Shown here in pieces: positions 48,351-61,644 of a stretch of 64,000 bases of DNA. The first letter of the stretch is position 1. The number at the start of each line of letters is the position of its first letter. The translations under genes were made by a program, and so were the position numbers. The notes under the pieces are model-generated. The model saw only the letters and a list, made by a program, of their open reading frames with translations, had not been told where the DNA came from and searched no databases. The stretch covers positions 45,074,001-45,138,000 of the forward strand of contig CM060734.1 of assembly GCA_030704615.1 (NCBI GenBank), read 5' to 3'. This stretch comes from Takakia lepidozioides. Taxonomy: Eukaryota > Plantae > Bryophyta.

Positions 48351-50616
48351 ACATTTTCTTACTTTCATATTTCTTTTCTTTTGTTATCGAGTTTTCTATG
48401 TTGTCATTCTTTACTTTCACATTTTGCAAAGATGACCATAAGGGAAATAGTTGTCATAGTTTCATAACTTTGGGAAAGAAGGGAAGCTCGTGAGACAGCA
48501 GGAGCTATACATAAGTATCGAACCACTTTTTATACTTTCTGTTCATGTCACATGAATAATGACACAATGAGTTTGATCTACGCATTGCTGGATATTTCTC
48601 TAAAATGTGACCATAGAATTGCAAGAAGCACCTATTTGTTGGACATAAAGAAAACTTTATAATTGCATATGCAACCGATTTTGCATTTGGAAACAACCCT
48701 GAACACTTGCAATAAATTACATAAAAACAGATCCCACACTAGGGACTGTACATTATATACCAAATTCGACATACCATCCCCAAAATACACATGATAGCCA
48801 ATTAAAAGTTTAACATCTCGTCAGTGGTAGTGTGAAGGAACATGAAAACCCTAGTTTATGATATTGCAATACAACTTGTAGCAATAGTCCAAGTTTTAAC
48901 CTCCATAAATGGGTCAAAAAAAAAAAAAGTCCAAAATGAATGGCATTGAACATTTTTCCTTTTAATTTTACTTTCCTATTTTACTACATATATTTTTAAT
49001 GGACCGATCTCACATCCGTCAAACACCATTCACAACAATTTGTACATTCACTAATTGTTGGTACTAGCTGCAAATAGGACATACATTGCATATAATTATA
49101 TGCCCACATATAGAATGTCGGATTTTGTAGTTAAGTTTAGTGACCAAAACATCAAGATTCACAAATACAATGCAAATCCCCTAAAATACTGCAAAACCAA
49201 ATCTATTAATGATAATTGCATGAATGAGATTACATTTTCTTAAAAAAATATGACATAGATGTGAGTATGTAAAAGGGGTAATTTGTATGGGGGTATTATT
49301 TTTATTTTGCTCTTTATTGGCCACCCTATATTTACATAATTTTGTAAAATGCTGGATTTTCTGACAGGCTATGTTAATTATATTTTACTGTTGCTAGCAA
49401 ATTTCATGCACGCTATAGTAACAATAAAATATATGTACTATGTAGAGAGTAGAAACGTTCATATATCACTCACATCGGTGTGTGTGCCTAATGGTGTACC
49501 CGAGGGTTTTAAAAAATTTCCCTCTAATAATTCCAAATAAAATTCTATCAGGGCATGTGTCCCATATTTATTTAAAAAACAATTTAAAAACAATTACAGT
49601 AAAAAATAGGTCATTACTTGGTCGAAAAAAACTCATCCAAAGCTTGGGCATCAATAGCATTCATGCTGCAAGCATTCTGAACTTTGTCAAAAGTCATAGT
49701 AACTGAACTAATGATTGAATCCATATCTATCCATTTATTATATATTACATCATACTTGACAACGCGAAGGCCAACCCTAAACTCAAACTCCCTACGAACC
49801 AAGTGTCATCAACAGTTCAGGTCCCTAAATCCAAGTCTAACCCACCTGATGAACTAGTAACTAGACGACACGTGTCCCAAGTATTTATCATATGACCCTA
49901 TTGGTAGTTGTAAAAAAACGAAAAAAGAAAAAATATTCTAAACCCTATATTCATTTAAATTCCGAAACCACGATATATTGGTACCCATATTTATTTCTAG
50001 TTGTTCTCTAAATTTTATCTGCCAAGAATATATTGTACCATATTTTTCCTTGCACGTAGTGTCGGAATATTTGGAAGTCTCCTCCCCCCCCCCCGCGAAG
50101 AACATCCAAGATACACCTATTTGACTAGTTTAACTTTTAAGGCGGTCTTGTATCAAAACTACTCGGCCATTTATTGAATGCTCTATCACTACAAATTTTT
50201 TATATCCAAACCACTCATCTTTGGCCAAAATTTGTATGGGACATTTGAACCCAAAACCTATACACTCATTCCTTTTCAATGTCATCAATCAAACACACAT
50301 ACTACCTCATTGATATGCCTCGAAACAATATCAATATATTTAGCAAGGTAGCTTGTTTTGTTTGATTTTTCACGTTGACATCTCCCAAACTGCAAGGCCT
50401 CCACCCGGGTTCTTTATACCGCCGGAAAGCCCTCGATGAGTAGGGATGCATCGAGGTGGTTTCAAAATTTTGGACCTATGGTGTGTGAGATATTGAATTT
50501 CCAGTATGTTTTGTCACTAAAAATTCATAAAAATAACAAAATACCTCTTTTATAATTGAATTTGTGCTCAATGACGTACGCCACACTAGTATATGTAAAA
50601 TTATTGCAAAACAATA

Positions 50617-51008
50617 AAGTTATCCGTTAAGTCAAGGGGATGCAGGGTGAGTTCGGCCAATTTGGCCAAAACACAGGTGAACATCTATGAAGCGGGCCCA
50701 CAAAGTACAAGCGAAATAAATAGAGGGCCAAACTCGAAATAGCAAGAAAAAACAGCGCAAATGTGTTTGATCCCGTCTTCCTCCGCGCGGCGCCCCGCCA
50801 TGGGACAAGTGGATGAGTCCTGACGCGGGGCCCACTCTCCATCATGTTGACCCCCTTGTGCTACATGTAGACGACTTTGTTCTGCTCCCCAATTTACTCG
50901 AATTGTGCCCAATTTACTCGACTTAACGGATAGGCTCAAACTGCCCACCAGAGCCGGATGTGGGGATGGATCAGAGGGTCAAATAGGGTGGGACTTAACA
51001 GATAACTT
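50617..51008. mobile_element. MITE
   Basis: TIR AAGTTATCCGTTAAGTC/GACTTAACAGATAACTT, flanked by TA on both sides. Confidence 0.7.
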
Positions 51009-51970
51009 TAATATGTGTTGGCTGTTAGAAGGTATAGACCTTCCAAATGAAAGTAAGTAGCCATCTAGGATAAATTATATTTACTTCAGCAAGAGTTACT
51101 ACTTATTTATTGGCTCATCTTCATTCTAAAGAAGAGACTAGGTACACACCACTGTCAGAAAGCGCTAAGCCACTGTACTTCTGCCTTCCCCATGTATCAC
51201 CTCCTCATTTACTGAAAACTACTTCCTAATTTTCCTACTTGAGGTAACACCTCCCTCATGTAACTTCTATCTTATTGAACAATTTATTAAATATAAGTGG
51301 ATGAATTATCAAGTTTATTATGGATGGAGTTGTTGCAGATGCCAGAGGGGGGAGGGGGCGATGGCGGAGCCCAACGACCTCCAACGGTCGTTTTCGTTCT
51401 CTCTCTCCAAGCTTTCTAAGCTTTCTCTCATTGCAGTTTGTGATCAACGGAATCTCACAGCTTTGCTATTCTTCGGCGTTTCAGGAGCTTCTTTTTCATA
51501 TAATTTTCATGCGAGGATGGGCTTCAAAATTCATCATGGAAAGGGTGTTTTTTAGTTCATCCTTGTTTTCTCTCTTCCTCTTTCATCTCCTCTAGCCAGC
51601 CTAAATCCCTAGCAGTAAGTTCTGGAGCCGCCAAAATCCTTCAATCACCCCATTTCTCCCGCCCTAGCTTTCAGATCCTCCACCACTCTTCCTCGTATTT
51701 CTTCTGCCACTTTGCTCCTAATCTATCGTTTAGCACTGATCACAGGATTAACCAAGGTGCTGATCTCTTCCGACAGCCCCCATCTATTTTTTCTGCTTTA
51801 GCGACCTCCTCTTCCGTCAGTCAAATCCGCATTTTGCTAAGTAAGTTTGTTTAGTCCAAGAGTTTTTTCCTTTCTCCAGTCAAATCCCTCCCTCTCTTCA
51901 TCATCGTCTTAGTTTAGTTTAGCTTTTTTTTCAATGGCCCCTGGATTCTTCAAATCCTAGCTTAAAGATT

Positions 51971-54900
51971 TTGATGGACTCAAGGTTCTCTAATGGAGGA
52001 CCTTATCAACAGCAGAGGAGAACTCAGCCCTCAAATGGGACCCGGGTTTTCCAGGCCCACCAAGAGCGCTCCAGGTTTCTCTCCAACAGTGCCCCTGTAA
52101 GATTCTCCTCCCCCAACACTTCTAGCCCGATTCCCCCCCTTCAGCCTTTCTTCAAAATTCCACGACTTCATTCTGCTCTAGAGGAGAACTCCCTCCCCCC
52201 GGCGACAGATGACGATTGGTCTAATGGTACAATAGCGCATCAGGACGAGCTGGACAAGGACTACCCTCTTATCTTACTGAATGTTTCTGACCTTCAAAAA
52301 AGAGTAACTTCAATGGAGGAGCATGGTATGTTAATCCATTTTCCAGGGAAAAAATTTGATAGGGCCATAGTTCGTGACTGGGCAATAAGACATCTTGGAG
52401 GTTCGGGAGAACTCAATCAGATGTTTTGTCAAGCCAAAGGCCGTGGTTTTTTCTCCATAGTCTTTGAAACCAAGGAAGCTGCCAACGAAGCCCTTGCGTT
52501 CAACCCGCACACAAAAGGGTTCAATGTCAACATCTTCCCGTGGTCCTCTAAAATGGGTCACAGAAATGGCAAATTGTGGGGGCCAAGGATCGTATCGGTG
52601 CCCTACATTCCATCAATACTTTGTGAACTTACCTGACATAGGCAATCACTTCAGCTCTTACCTTGGATGTTTGGCTGTATTTGATCCTCAAATGTGGACA
52701 CTAAGCCTAAGACAGGATCTGGCTTGGAGCTCAGTCACTATTGCATCCAGACTCAATGAAATAGGATGTCCAATGAGGAGGCCCTGCCATATTATGTCAG
52801 ACTGCCAATCGACAACGAAGGCAACTACTTCACTATACAGCTAATTGAGGATTCTACCTATGCAACTTGCTTCAATTGTGGACATATCAAGCTCAACTGC
52901 CCTTCTGTAAAACGAAAGAGATCACCACCTTCTAGCCAAGTGGTTGAACCATCTACAGATCACCGTAAGCCACCAGTTGCAGGCACCTCCAGTGCTCTAG
53001 GATCCTCCTCAACCTGTCCACACCAAGTTGAGCCACAGGGGGGGTCAACCAACTAGGTTATTGCCGATCAACAATCATGATACCTTACAATCCAGCCCTA
53101 GACCTGCCTCTCCTCCCAATATGGACATCAATAGAGATCCAATGCAAGAGGAAATCAAAGCCCATCTACAAAAGAAACGGAGATTCTCTATGTCCAAAGG
53201 TAAAGACAAAGTGGTGGAACGCCATTCTACTCCATAGGTCCAGCTCACAAGCCCCACACCCAAAGGAGGCCCACAGATAACAACAGGTATATCTTGCAAT
53301 ACATCCTTCGCCAATCGGTGTCTCAACACATGCACATTCCCAAACCTGGACCTCATTGGTTGTTCTGCCCTAGAGATATTTGCAGTTCCCCAGGCCGCTG
53401 ATATTCAGGAAAGGCAAGCCCCCCGCAATTCTCATCACATCTGATTCTGATGACTTGGAGTGTGTTGAATCCCTTTGGGTTAAAAACCTCGGATGTCAAA
53501 ACACTTTTTGAGAACGAATCCACCACTACTACGTTTGGGGGGGAGGGGGGGGGGGGTTAGCGATGCCCCAACGACCTCCAACTGCCGCGATTAGCGACGG
53601 AAATACTCTACGGCGCCCGGGGCGCGCCCAGGGCATTTTGCAACGTTGGGAAGTCGCACAGACATCGCAGCGACGTCGGGGAATCGCAAACCCCCCGAGA
53701 CCCCCTGGCCGCGGCGCCGGCGTGACTTGCGACGTCCGGGCATCGCAAAAATAAAATAAAATAAGATATGCGATGTCGCATTAGGGACGTCCGGGGGTCG
53801 TAAATGCGACCCCTAGACGTCACAGTAGGGTGGTACATTTGAATTTAGGTGAAAAAATTTGAATTTGAATTTGAAATTGAAATTTCAAAAACTAGTTGAC
53901 CATTCACTCGGCGTTGACCATTGACTCCGGTTTTGTCCAATGGCAGTTCATGCATTGTTCTATATATATTAGACAATGCATATTTGAACCTAGGACCTCC
54001 ACATTATAACATTTCTAAGACACTGCACATTAACCAACAAATCTACAATACATCTATGTATCACAGTCCAAGTATATATATACATATCAAGAGTTAGCTC
54101 CTAGTGACTACCACTATCTCAATCATATCATTGTGTTGCAGATTATGCGTACTCTACAGGAGCTCTCACAGCTGAAACTTACACCGAGACTTGTCCCCAG
54201 AGTTCTTCAAGAACAAATATCTATCAATGGCCTAAGTTTTGCAAAGCTGCATTGTAACTTATTGTTGGACAATGGCTATAGTCTGAGGATGCCAAGCCCA
54301 TTATGCTCTACAATCTACTCCCAGAATCAATTTTCCGCAACGCCCCCAGGACGTCGGGGAATCGCAGCGCCGCAACCCCAACAACGCATTTGTGAAGGCA
54401 ACGGGCTCCTACGACGGAGGGGAATCGAAAAAAAAAAAAAACGGGTTTTTTTTTTTTTTTTTTTTTCGGGGCATTGCGATTCCCTGCCGTCGCAGGAGCG
54501 CCCGGCCGTCGCAAAAGCGTCGTTGCGACGCCTTGTTGCGATTCCCCGGCATCGCAGCATCCGGGGGCGTCGCAGCAAATTGTTGCGATGTCAGGGTGTC
54601 GCAACCCCCCTAGTGCGTTGGCGGGGAAATGGGGTCAGGCCCCTTTCCGGCGACAGCATGACGTCGCAAGATGCCACAACGTCATCCGAGCGTCGGCGTT
54701 ACGACGCCCCGACGTCGCAAGTCCCGAGCCGGGCGCATGTGCGACGTTGCAGACGCAGGGGGGTCAGCGCGTCCGGCGCGCCCGGGGTCCTGACGTCGCT
54801 AACCCCCCCTAAACATAGTAGTGCACCCAACACTGGCCCGGAGATCATATTCAAGTATAAGATTCACCTGGGCATTCTTTGAAGCCTCTCTACCTCACTA

Positions 54901-55400
54901 CTTCTTGTCTCCCTCTACTAGAATTTCATGGGGAGCCTACTTGGAAGATCATCTTGGTTTGAGTTGCAGACCATCTACTCAGGTTCTGGCCCTTATGAAA
55001 GAGGCAGACATTTACAACACGCAACCCCCTCTCGGAACAATCTGGACTTACAAACAATAGCTAAAGCCCCCTAGGGGAAGCCACCCGCTCCAAATAAAGA
55101 ATCAAGATAATTTTATTAATGGTTTCCAGCTTTTGGATCAGGAAATGGACGAAGAAAACCATAGGATGGAACTACAAAGGACTAGAGACTACATCAATGG
55201 AGTCACGGTTCACTATGCCAACACAGAAGCAACATCAGAGTCCACGGAAATCAATGACATCTCTTCTCCAAATGATATCAGCTTAGACAAAGACAACCTG
55301 GCGGCAACAGTCACTATCATGCACATCTCCCCTCCAATTATTGAGGTGACCAGCCCTGCATCCCCCCCAACCATTGTGGATGCATCTCAATTTCTTCCTA
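51971..55400 (+). mobile_element. Decayed L1 LINE ORF1 region (DUF4283-like plus zinc knuckle), interrupted by a CACTA element
   Basis: AKGRGFFSIVFETKEAANEAL..IFPWS motif and CFNCGHIKLNC knuckle, with frameshifts. The right boundary is approximate. Confidence 0.7.
53524..54823. mobile_element. Non-autonomous CACTA (En/Spm) element, 1300 bp
   Basis: CACTACTACGTTTGGGGGG...CCCCCCTAAACATAGTAGTG termini, perfect 3-bp TSD CAC, and GC-rich GTCGC/GCGAC subterminal repeats. Confidence 0.95.
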
Positions 55401-55699
55401 TTGAGGATCTCTCTCCCACAGTTCGGCTTCACAGTCCCGCTTCACAGCCCCACGCATGTCCCCTACCAGTTCTTCACCATTGGGTCCTCGCCCTTGGTCT
55501 ATTCGGGGATTATTTCTATAATCCTTATTCCCTGGCTGGTAATTCCCCCTTGGATTACCCTGATAGTTGCCTCCGGGATTGCCTTAGTAATTCCCTCTTG
55601 GATTACCTCTTCCTGTCATACCATTGTTATATCCACCAGGCCTATCATAGAGGTCCTGGTCATTGTTTCTTCTTGGCTGGGGTTGCACTTGATGCACCC

Positions 55700-56150
55700 T
55701 CACTTGCCTAGGTTCCCTTGCAGTTGTTTTCCTGTTGTAATAACAATTCTCAGTGGAATGTTATCCATCTTACAGATAGCACAGTATTTTCTTTCATGTG
55801 GCACTCAGCTGTGGTATGGCCTTCATTTTGGCATTTTGAACAGTAGACGCCCTTCCTCCAATGGGTTGTAGCCTCTGTTGCATATTTCTTCAAGATTTCT
55901 TCCAATCTCTTTTCATAGTTGTCCTTCTTCAACTTTTCCTTCTTCTTGTTCTTCCTCCTGAGCTCTTGCTCTTCTTCCTCATCTGACTCATCTTCAGAGT
56001 CATCATCATCCCTCTTATCATTCCTGAGCATTCCTAATTGCTCAATTCTGTTGGCTGTTTCGAATGCTTCATCCACTGTATGATGGGGTAGCATATCCAC
56101 TTTCTTTTGTAATTTCAGTCTTAGTCCATGCATAGCAAGCATAGGTGTAA
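55700..56150 (-). pseudogene. Retrotransposon gag fragment with CCHC knuckle(s)
   Basis: GL...LQKKV..P.TVDEAFETANRIE and CSKCQNEGHTTAEC, then a frameshifted second knuckle (CAIC..). Confidence 0.7.
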
Positions 56151-58049
56151 AAATCAGTTGGACCTGCAATTTAGTGGGGTCATAGCCACTCCACTATTGA
56201 TTTGGAAATGGTGGGTCTTGGGGCAAGCAAAATTGGATAAAGCTAGGTTTTGATTTGGTCAAACCTATTTCTTTCTCACTTTTTCTTTGGGACCTAATAT
56301 TTGAGGTCCGGGCCAACGCTATAATCTCACAATTTCCACGGTGGACTTGGCTCATTTTTTGGTATGTCATGCATAAATGAGCTGGGCCCATTGCTATAAG
56401 GCTGGAATCTCCATATGATTTTTGGTAGGTTTCTAGGGGCAATTTACTGCAGCTGGGTACCCAAAATTGGTAAAAAGTCAAAAAAGGGCTTGGGAACTTT
56501 AGGGTTAATTGGGAATCCACATTGTAATCACATGAAATATAGGTACCAAAAATTATTGGTACAAGGAAAATATTAGTGGCATTAAATCCCCCACCTACAT
56601 GTTAGGGCTTTGGTGGGAGAGGGTTGTAGCTGGGTAATAAGTAGCGGGAGCACCTATGCTAGACTTGGATTTTGTTGAATAATCGCAGTAAAATGAGTCT
56701 ATAACTTTGAGTCTTCATAGTTTGTGCTTCTTTTCGAATTTGTTCAATACCTTATGGAGGTTGTGCAAGACATTGATATTTCCAATATTGTCTTTAAACT
56801 ATGTCCTATCAAGAATTTATCATATGAGGATCATATTCGTTTGTGAGGGATTTTTTTATTGAATGAACAATGTGACAACAACTACCATTAAGTTGAATAA
56901 CGATCATGAGTCTTGTTGTCTATTAAAGTTTTATATAAGTATACATATATTGCATATATGGTGTGACTTCAAAACTTAGTATTATACATTGTAGGGATGG
57001 AATGTGTGGCAAGCTAGTTCCACAATTGAGTTCTTATTGCATTGATATATAACATGGTATTGTACAATAAGATGTATTTTTGCACTTAGGGACTCACCAT
57101 TTTTCTAAGTGTGTCTGACTTATGTATTGGGCTTTCAAAACTCATTTGCCAATTTCCAGCAACAAATCCTTTGTTATTGTGTTTTCTTGGGAAAACATAG
57201 AGACTTAAACCTCTTAGGTTTGAAATGACATGTTGGATTTGACAACAATAACAAAATTCCAATGGAGTTTTGGAGTAGGGAGTGAAGATGAGTTCTGCCC
57301 TTTAAAAAATGAAGGGTGAGCTTATGTCAGAATCTGGGTGGCCGGACAAACCATGTAAAAGGTGGCAGGGACTTACATGGGTCTAGGGACCCCGACGATA
57401 CACAAAGCTATATGCCAAGAAACGGCGGGTTTACAATTGACAAGTGGCCTCCACTTCGGACAAAGGGACCAAATTTACCAAAAACTTATTGGATGGACTT
57501 GCACATTTTTAAAGATGTGACATAGGGTTACAAGACAAGGATGGGTGGGAACGATTGGATATCAATGCTGAATTTTGTTTGGTGGAATATTTTATAAATA
57601 ATAGTATCATATCAAAAAAATCAAGAAAGGTGTTTCAGAATGTAAGTAATATTACAATAAAAGGTCTAAGTGCATAACTGTTTTTCAAATGGGAAGACAC
57701 GAGACATAGGGTGGGAGTTGATGCGCACGTGCGAGCCTATCGTGGTCGACATAGCTCACGAGACATGGGACACCCTTGGCGGGGCCTGCAGTCAAATCCC
57801 CACCCCCTAGCCTCGCCCTTGTGCCTCTATTACAAAATAAAACATTGAAATTTTGGATGATAGCATGTACGCAGTAGGGAGCTTGTGGGATGGGTACAAT
57901 AATTGATTTTGTAGGGGCATGGGGTTAAAACCTCGACCAAGGTGTGATTCAATTGGTATGTTCAATGATTTAAAGAAGTTAATATAATATTTTTGCATCT
58001 CCAAAACAATTCTACGTCCTTGAAGCGGATCTCCACTACCTTGTTCCCA

Positions 58050-58400
58050 ATCGCAGCTCACCTGTTTCCATTCCCCTGTTACTTACGGCTTCCGCTCCCT
58101 AGTGTTATTGCTCCGCCATTCCCCTGTTATTGCTCTTGATCCCCTGTGTTCGTGCTTTCCTGTTACTTCTCGGGGGCTCTCTCCTTTGTTCGTGCTCCCC
58201 TATTACTGCTCCCCAGAAGGAGGGAAAAGAAGTTCGAGAACAGAGCTAGAGCATGGGAGCTGTAACATAGGGGAGCCGAGAGCAACAACAGGGAGCGGGA
58301 GAGCAGAACTAGGGGAGCTAGTGGGAGCAAAGGAGCTAGGAACATGGAGCATGGAGCATGGGACCTTGGGAGGGACGTGAAGCACAAGGGAAGCGCTGGA
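58050..58400. repeat. Fold-back low-complexity repeat (CTCCCCTGTT units opposed to AACAGGGAG units)
   Basis: Abrupt switch from pyrimidine-rich to purine-rich sequence at ~58215, with complementary subunits. Confidence 0.55.
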
Positions 58401-59040
58401 CTGGAAGGGGTGGGTATTTGACTACGGGCCCATGAATGGCCTCTCCGGCTAGCTTTGGTGATCGTACCAGCAAGGCTCGCACGCACACATTCAACTCCCT
58501 TCCTCTGTCCAGTGCAAACCTTTCAAATGCATGATTTTGTTTTCTTTCCCTAATCAAATATTACAATTTTGAATAGGGAAGATTCGATTTCCTTAGATCT
58601 TTTGCTGAAAACTACTTCCATGATGAGCCTAGATAAATATACCTCCCTTAGGTGACATCTCTGCTATAATTGAACAACTTTTGAAAATAAATGGATGGAT
58701 TGTCAAGATTACTATGGATGAAAGTAGATTCCACTATTCACTAGGCGGAGCCATACGCAACTCGCTGCTTGTTTAGAGGTAGGTGGGGTATACGGCCTTA
58801 CATTCTATTGGTCAGTTTTACAAAAGTTGACAATTTCAAAGAGAAAAAGAAGAAAAACACCGGAGATAGGATCGTAGTTTCCAACAAGACAATGAATTAA
58901 AAAAAACTTCAGGTGCTTAAAAGTTAAAAACCACATGATATTCGAAAACAACTAATATCATAAAATAAAATTAATAAATACACATATCCAAAACCGAAAG
59001 TATATATGTATTATATACCTGAAACCGACGAGTATTGATG

Positions 59041-59085
59041 AGAGAGAAGACTTTGGCTGAAGCCGACATAACTAAGAGCCATTTC
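59041..59085 (-). mobile_element. Structured SINE-like element, copy 2 (5'-truncated, diverged)
   Basis: AGAGAGAAGACTTTGGCTGAAGCCGACATAACTAAGAGCCATTTC. Confidence 0.65.
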
Positions 59086-59896
59086 AAACTTTTGGCTATT
59101 GCTCTTTTCAAAGGTGTGTCCGAGAAGAAGAGAGAGAGGGGGAGACTCTTGCCAAAACAAACATAACTTATGGTGTCACCTCACTTGGAAGGGCTACTGC
59201 ATTCGGTTTGGAATGTGGACACCTTCTAAAGGTCATATCCCAAGCAACGTAGTTGCGCAACCCTCCCCCAATTACTCGATAGTCCCTAGGTACCCACACA
59301 TTAAGTAACCGGTTGACCCAGTTACTCCCGTTCAAACAGCTTGGTTGGCCATTGTTGGATGCCAGGTAAGTCCTCTATCATTGACACTAGACATACCTTG
59401 AGTGTAAAGAAGTTGGGTAATGTTCTCTAGCTTATGTTTGTTCGTAATGATCGTTGTGAAGGAATATATAGCCGTGAGATATATAGCCTTGAGGCGAACA
59501 AAGATTGTGTATTGAGGGAGTCCAATGTTATTATGAAGTGAAGACTGCAAGTATCGATACCGCCATAGATGCCTCCTGTAATGACAGAGAGGGTCAGCCT
59601 TCCATCCTTGATGTTTTAGTGTGAGAATTAACAAGACACATTTTACTTAAGATTGCATGGTTTGTTCTTGCCAGTATCGATCGTGGCTTGGGCTAACAAT
59701 TGATGGTTCCACCTCATCAAATGCTACCTTCTTACCTTTCATTTTGATGTTATTTCCATCATCATCATGGACCACCTTGGCAATATTGTGGGCAACCTTT
59801 TTTGTTTTCGAAAATCCATTAGCTCCTTATGCGAAAAAGAGGATTAAGAGTCATGTGCCACAAACCCTAATATGTGAAATCTATGTATTTTATGCC

Positions 59897-60662
59897 GCTT
59901 CTCATTATAAGATAATAATGTCTTCAATGCGCACTCGTGTGCATGTGGCGGGGGCCACGTGCAGCAAAGAGGATCGTGGAGGGTGGGAGCACCTCTACCC
60001 GTTGGAGGGTCTGCTCTAAAGGGTCCACCGCTGCTGGGTCCGTTGCTCGGTCTGCCACAGCTAGATCCGGGCAAGCGGGTCCACTGCGGTAGGTCCCAGC
60101 CAAGAGGGGCCCATGACCTGCTTGAGGCGCTGGTGGTGCACAAGATTAAATAGTTCCAAGGTTTTCAAAAAGTAGTGGGTCAAGAACAATGAATAAGATG
60201 TATGAGGTTTGGTATTCAATTTCTTGTTAGGTGGTAAAGTGTTTGGTATTCAATTCTTTTCAGGTGGTAATGTGTGTTGTTAATTAAACATTTTGTACAC
60301 TTGTTCTTTCTGAAATTTTCGAAAGTCCTTGTTCGTCTACGGTGGGGGACCCTCCAGTGGACTCTGCAGACCTTCCAACAGACTCGCTTGGCACTGTAGA
60401 GTGGACCGTCCAGCAGATTCTACAGAGTGGACTGGACTGTAGAGTGGACCCTCTCCAGTGGACTCTAGGTCCATCAAACCCTAAAGAGTGGGTGGACCCT
60501 CCAGCAAACTCTCTAGAACGGACTGGAGTGTCCAATGGACCCTTCGGCGGACCCGATGGATAGGCGCTAGATGGGTGTTGGGCTTATGAGGTGACCCCAT
60601 GGGGCCGTACCGGTGGGGCCCACATGTGCATTGAAGACGCTACTAGTAAAAAAATCGTTGGC
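59897..60662. mobile_element. MULE-type MITE, family copy 2
   Basis: 9-bp TSD TTTTATGCC, TIR core GTCTTCAATGC/GCATTGAAGAC, homologous to 16278-17027. Confidence 0.85.
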
Positions 60663-61644
60663 TTTTATGCCTTGGTGACGTTGGAGCCCTTATACCAATG
60701 GTATGTCCGAACATAGGCAGGTTGGGCAACTGCAGGGGGGCAAACAGTAGCAATATGGTAGTATCCAGTTCCAGGTGGTATGATCCGGGGGCCTTCCTTG
60801 CAGATAGGAGGTACCTGCACAATAGTGGTGGGGACCTTAAGTGCATTATAATGTTTCACGTTGAACTTTGGAGGCTATTATTCTTATCAAGTTTCTATTA
60901 GGCTGTTATTTACGCTAACTTCAGCCACAATGTTCTCTCTTAATATTACTTCTCCCCAAAAAATTTCATTACTACAACAACACATCATATTCTATGTTGT
61001 GATATGACAAGATATTGATACAATTTAGATTCATGAAACGAAACACGTGGTTTGAATGCCCTTGCATATGTCGTAGTCTTTTCTATCAACATGAAGAAGA
61101 AAAAGATTCTTTTGCTAGGTTGTTTGTCATTGTTCTCAAAGGAGTTGTGAATGACATGTTATTTTTTGATGTTTTGACATAGTTCATCTTGAAAAATGAA
61201 TATTGTTGCATAGACGCAAACTTGCAACTAGAACTGGTTGGACGTCAATATTGGATGGATAATCTGACATTGGAAAGCCTTTGCAGTATTGTCGGTTGTT
61301 ATATGTGCCAATTGTCGAAACATATATTCAAAAATAAAAAAAGAGGATTACTATATAATTATAGTGTATATAGAGTTTTCCGGTAGTTTTCCAGTAGGTG
61401 CGTGTATGGGGTGTGATGGGCCAGATTGTTGTAGCAGGCAATAGATTTTTTTTTGCTAGTTGCTGCCATATGTCATGGCAAGCGCAGTCGAACGATTGAA
61501 ATCGGCCTAGTTATGTATCGATCAAATATGATGATTTTATCCTACAAAATAACAACTGAAGAAGACATGTCATGTGTGAAGAATAGAGCCATGGTAAGGA
61601 ATTTTAATATTAGATGAATTTAATTCTTGCAACCTAAGAAGATT

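Noticed and set aside
54133-54882. 249-aa ORF as a CACTA protein
   Set aside because: It runs through GC-rich subterminal repeats and poly(A)/poly(T) tracts, with no transposase motifs.
58590-58810. Helitron 3' end (similar to 51200-51330)
   Set aside because: The repeat similarity is real, but the terminal CTRR and hairpin are too degenerate to call.
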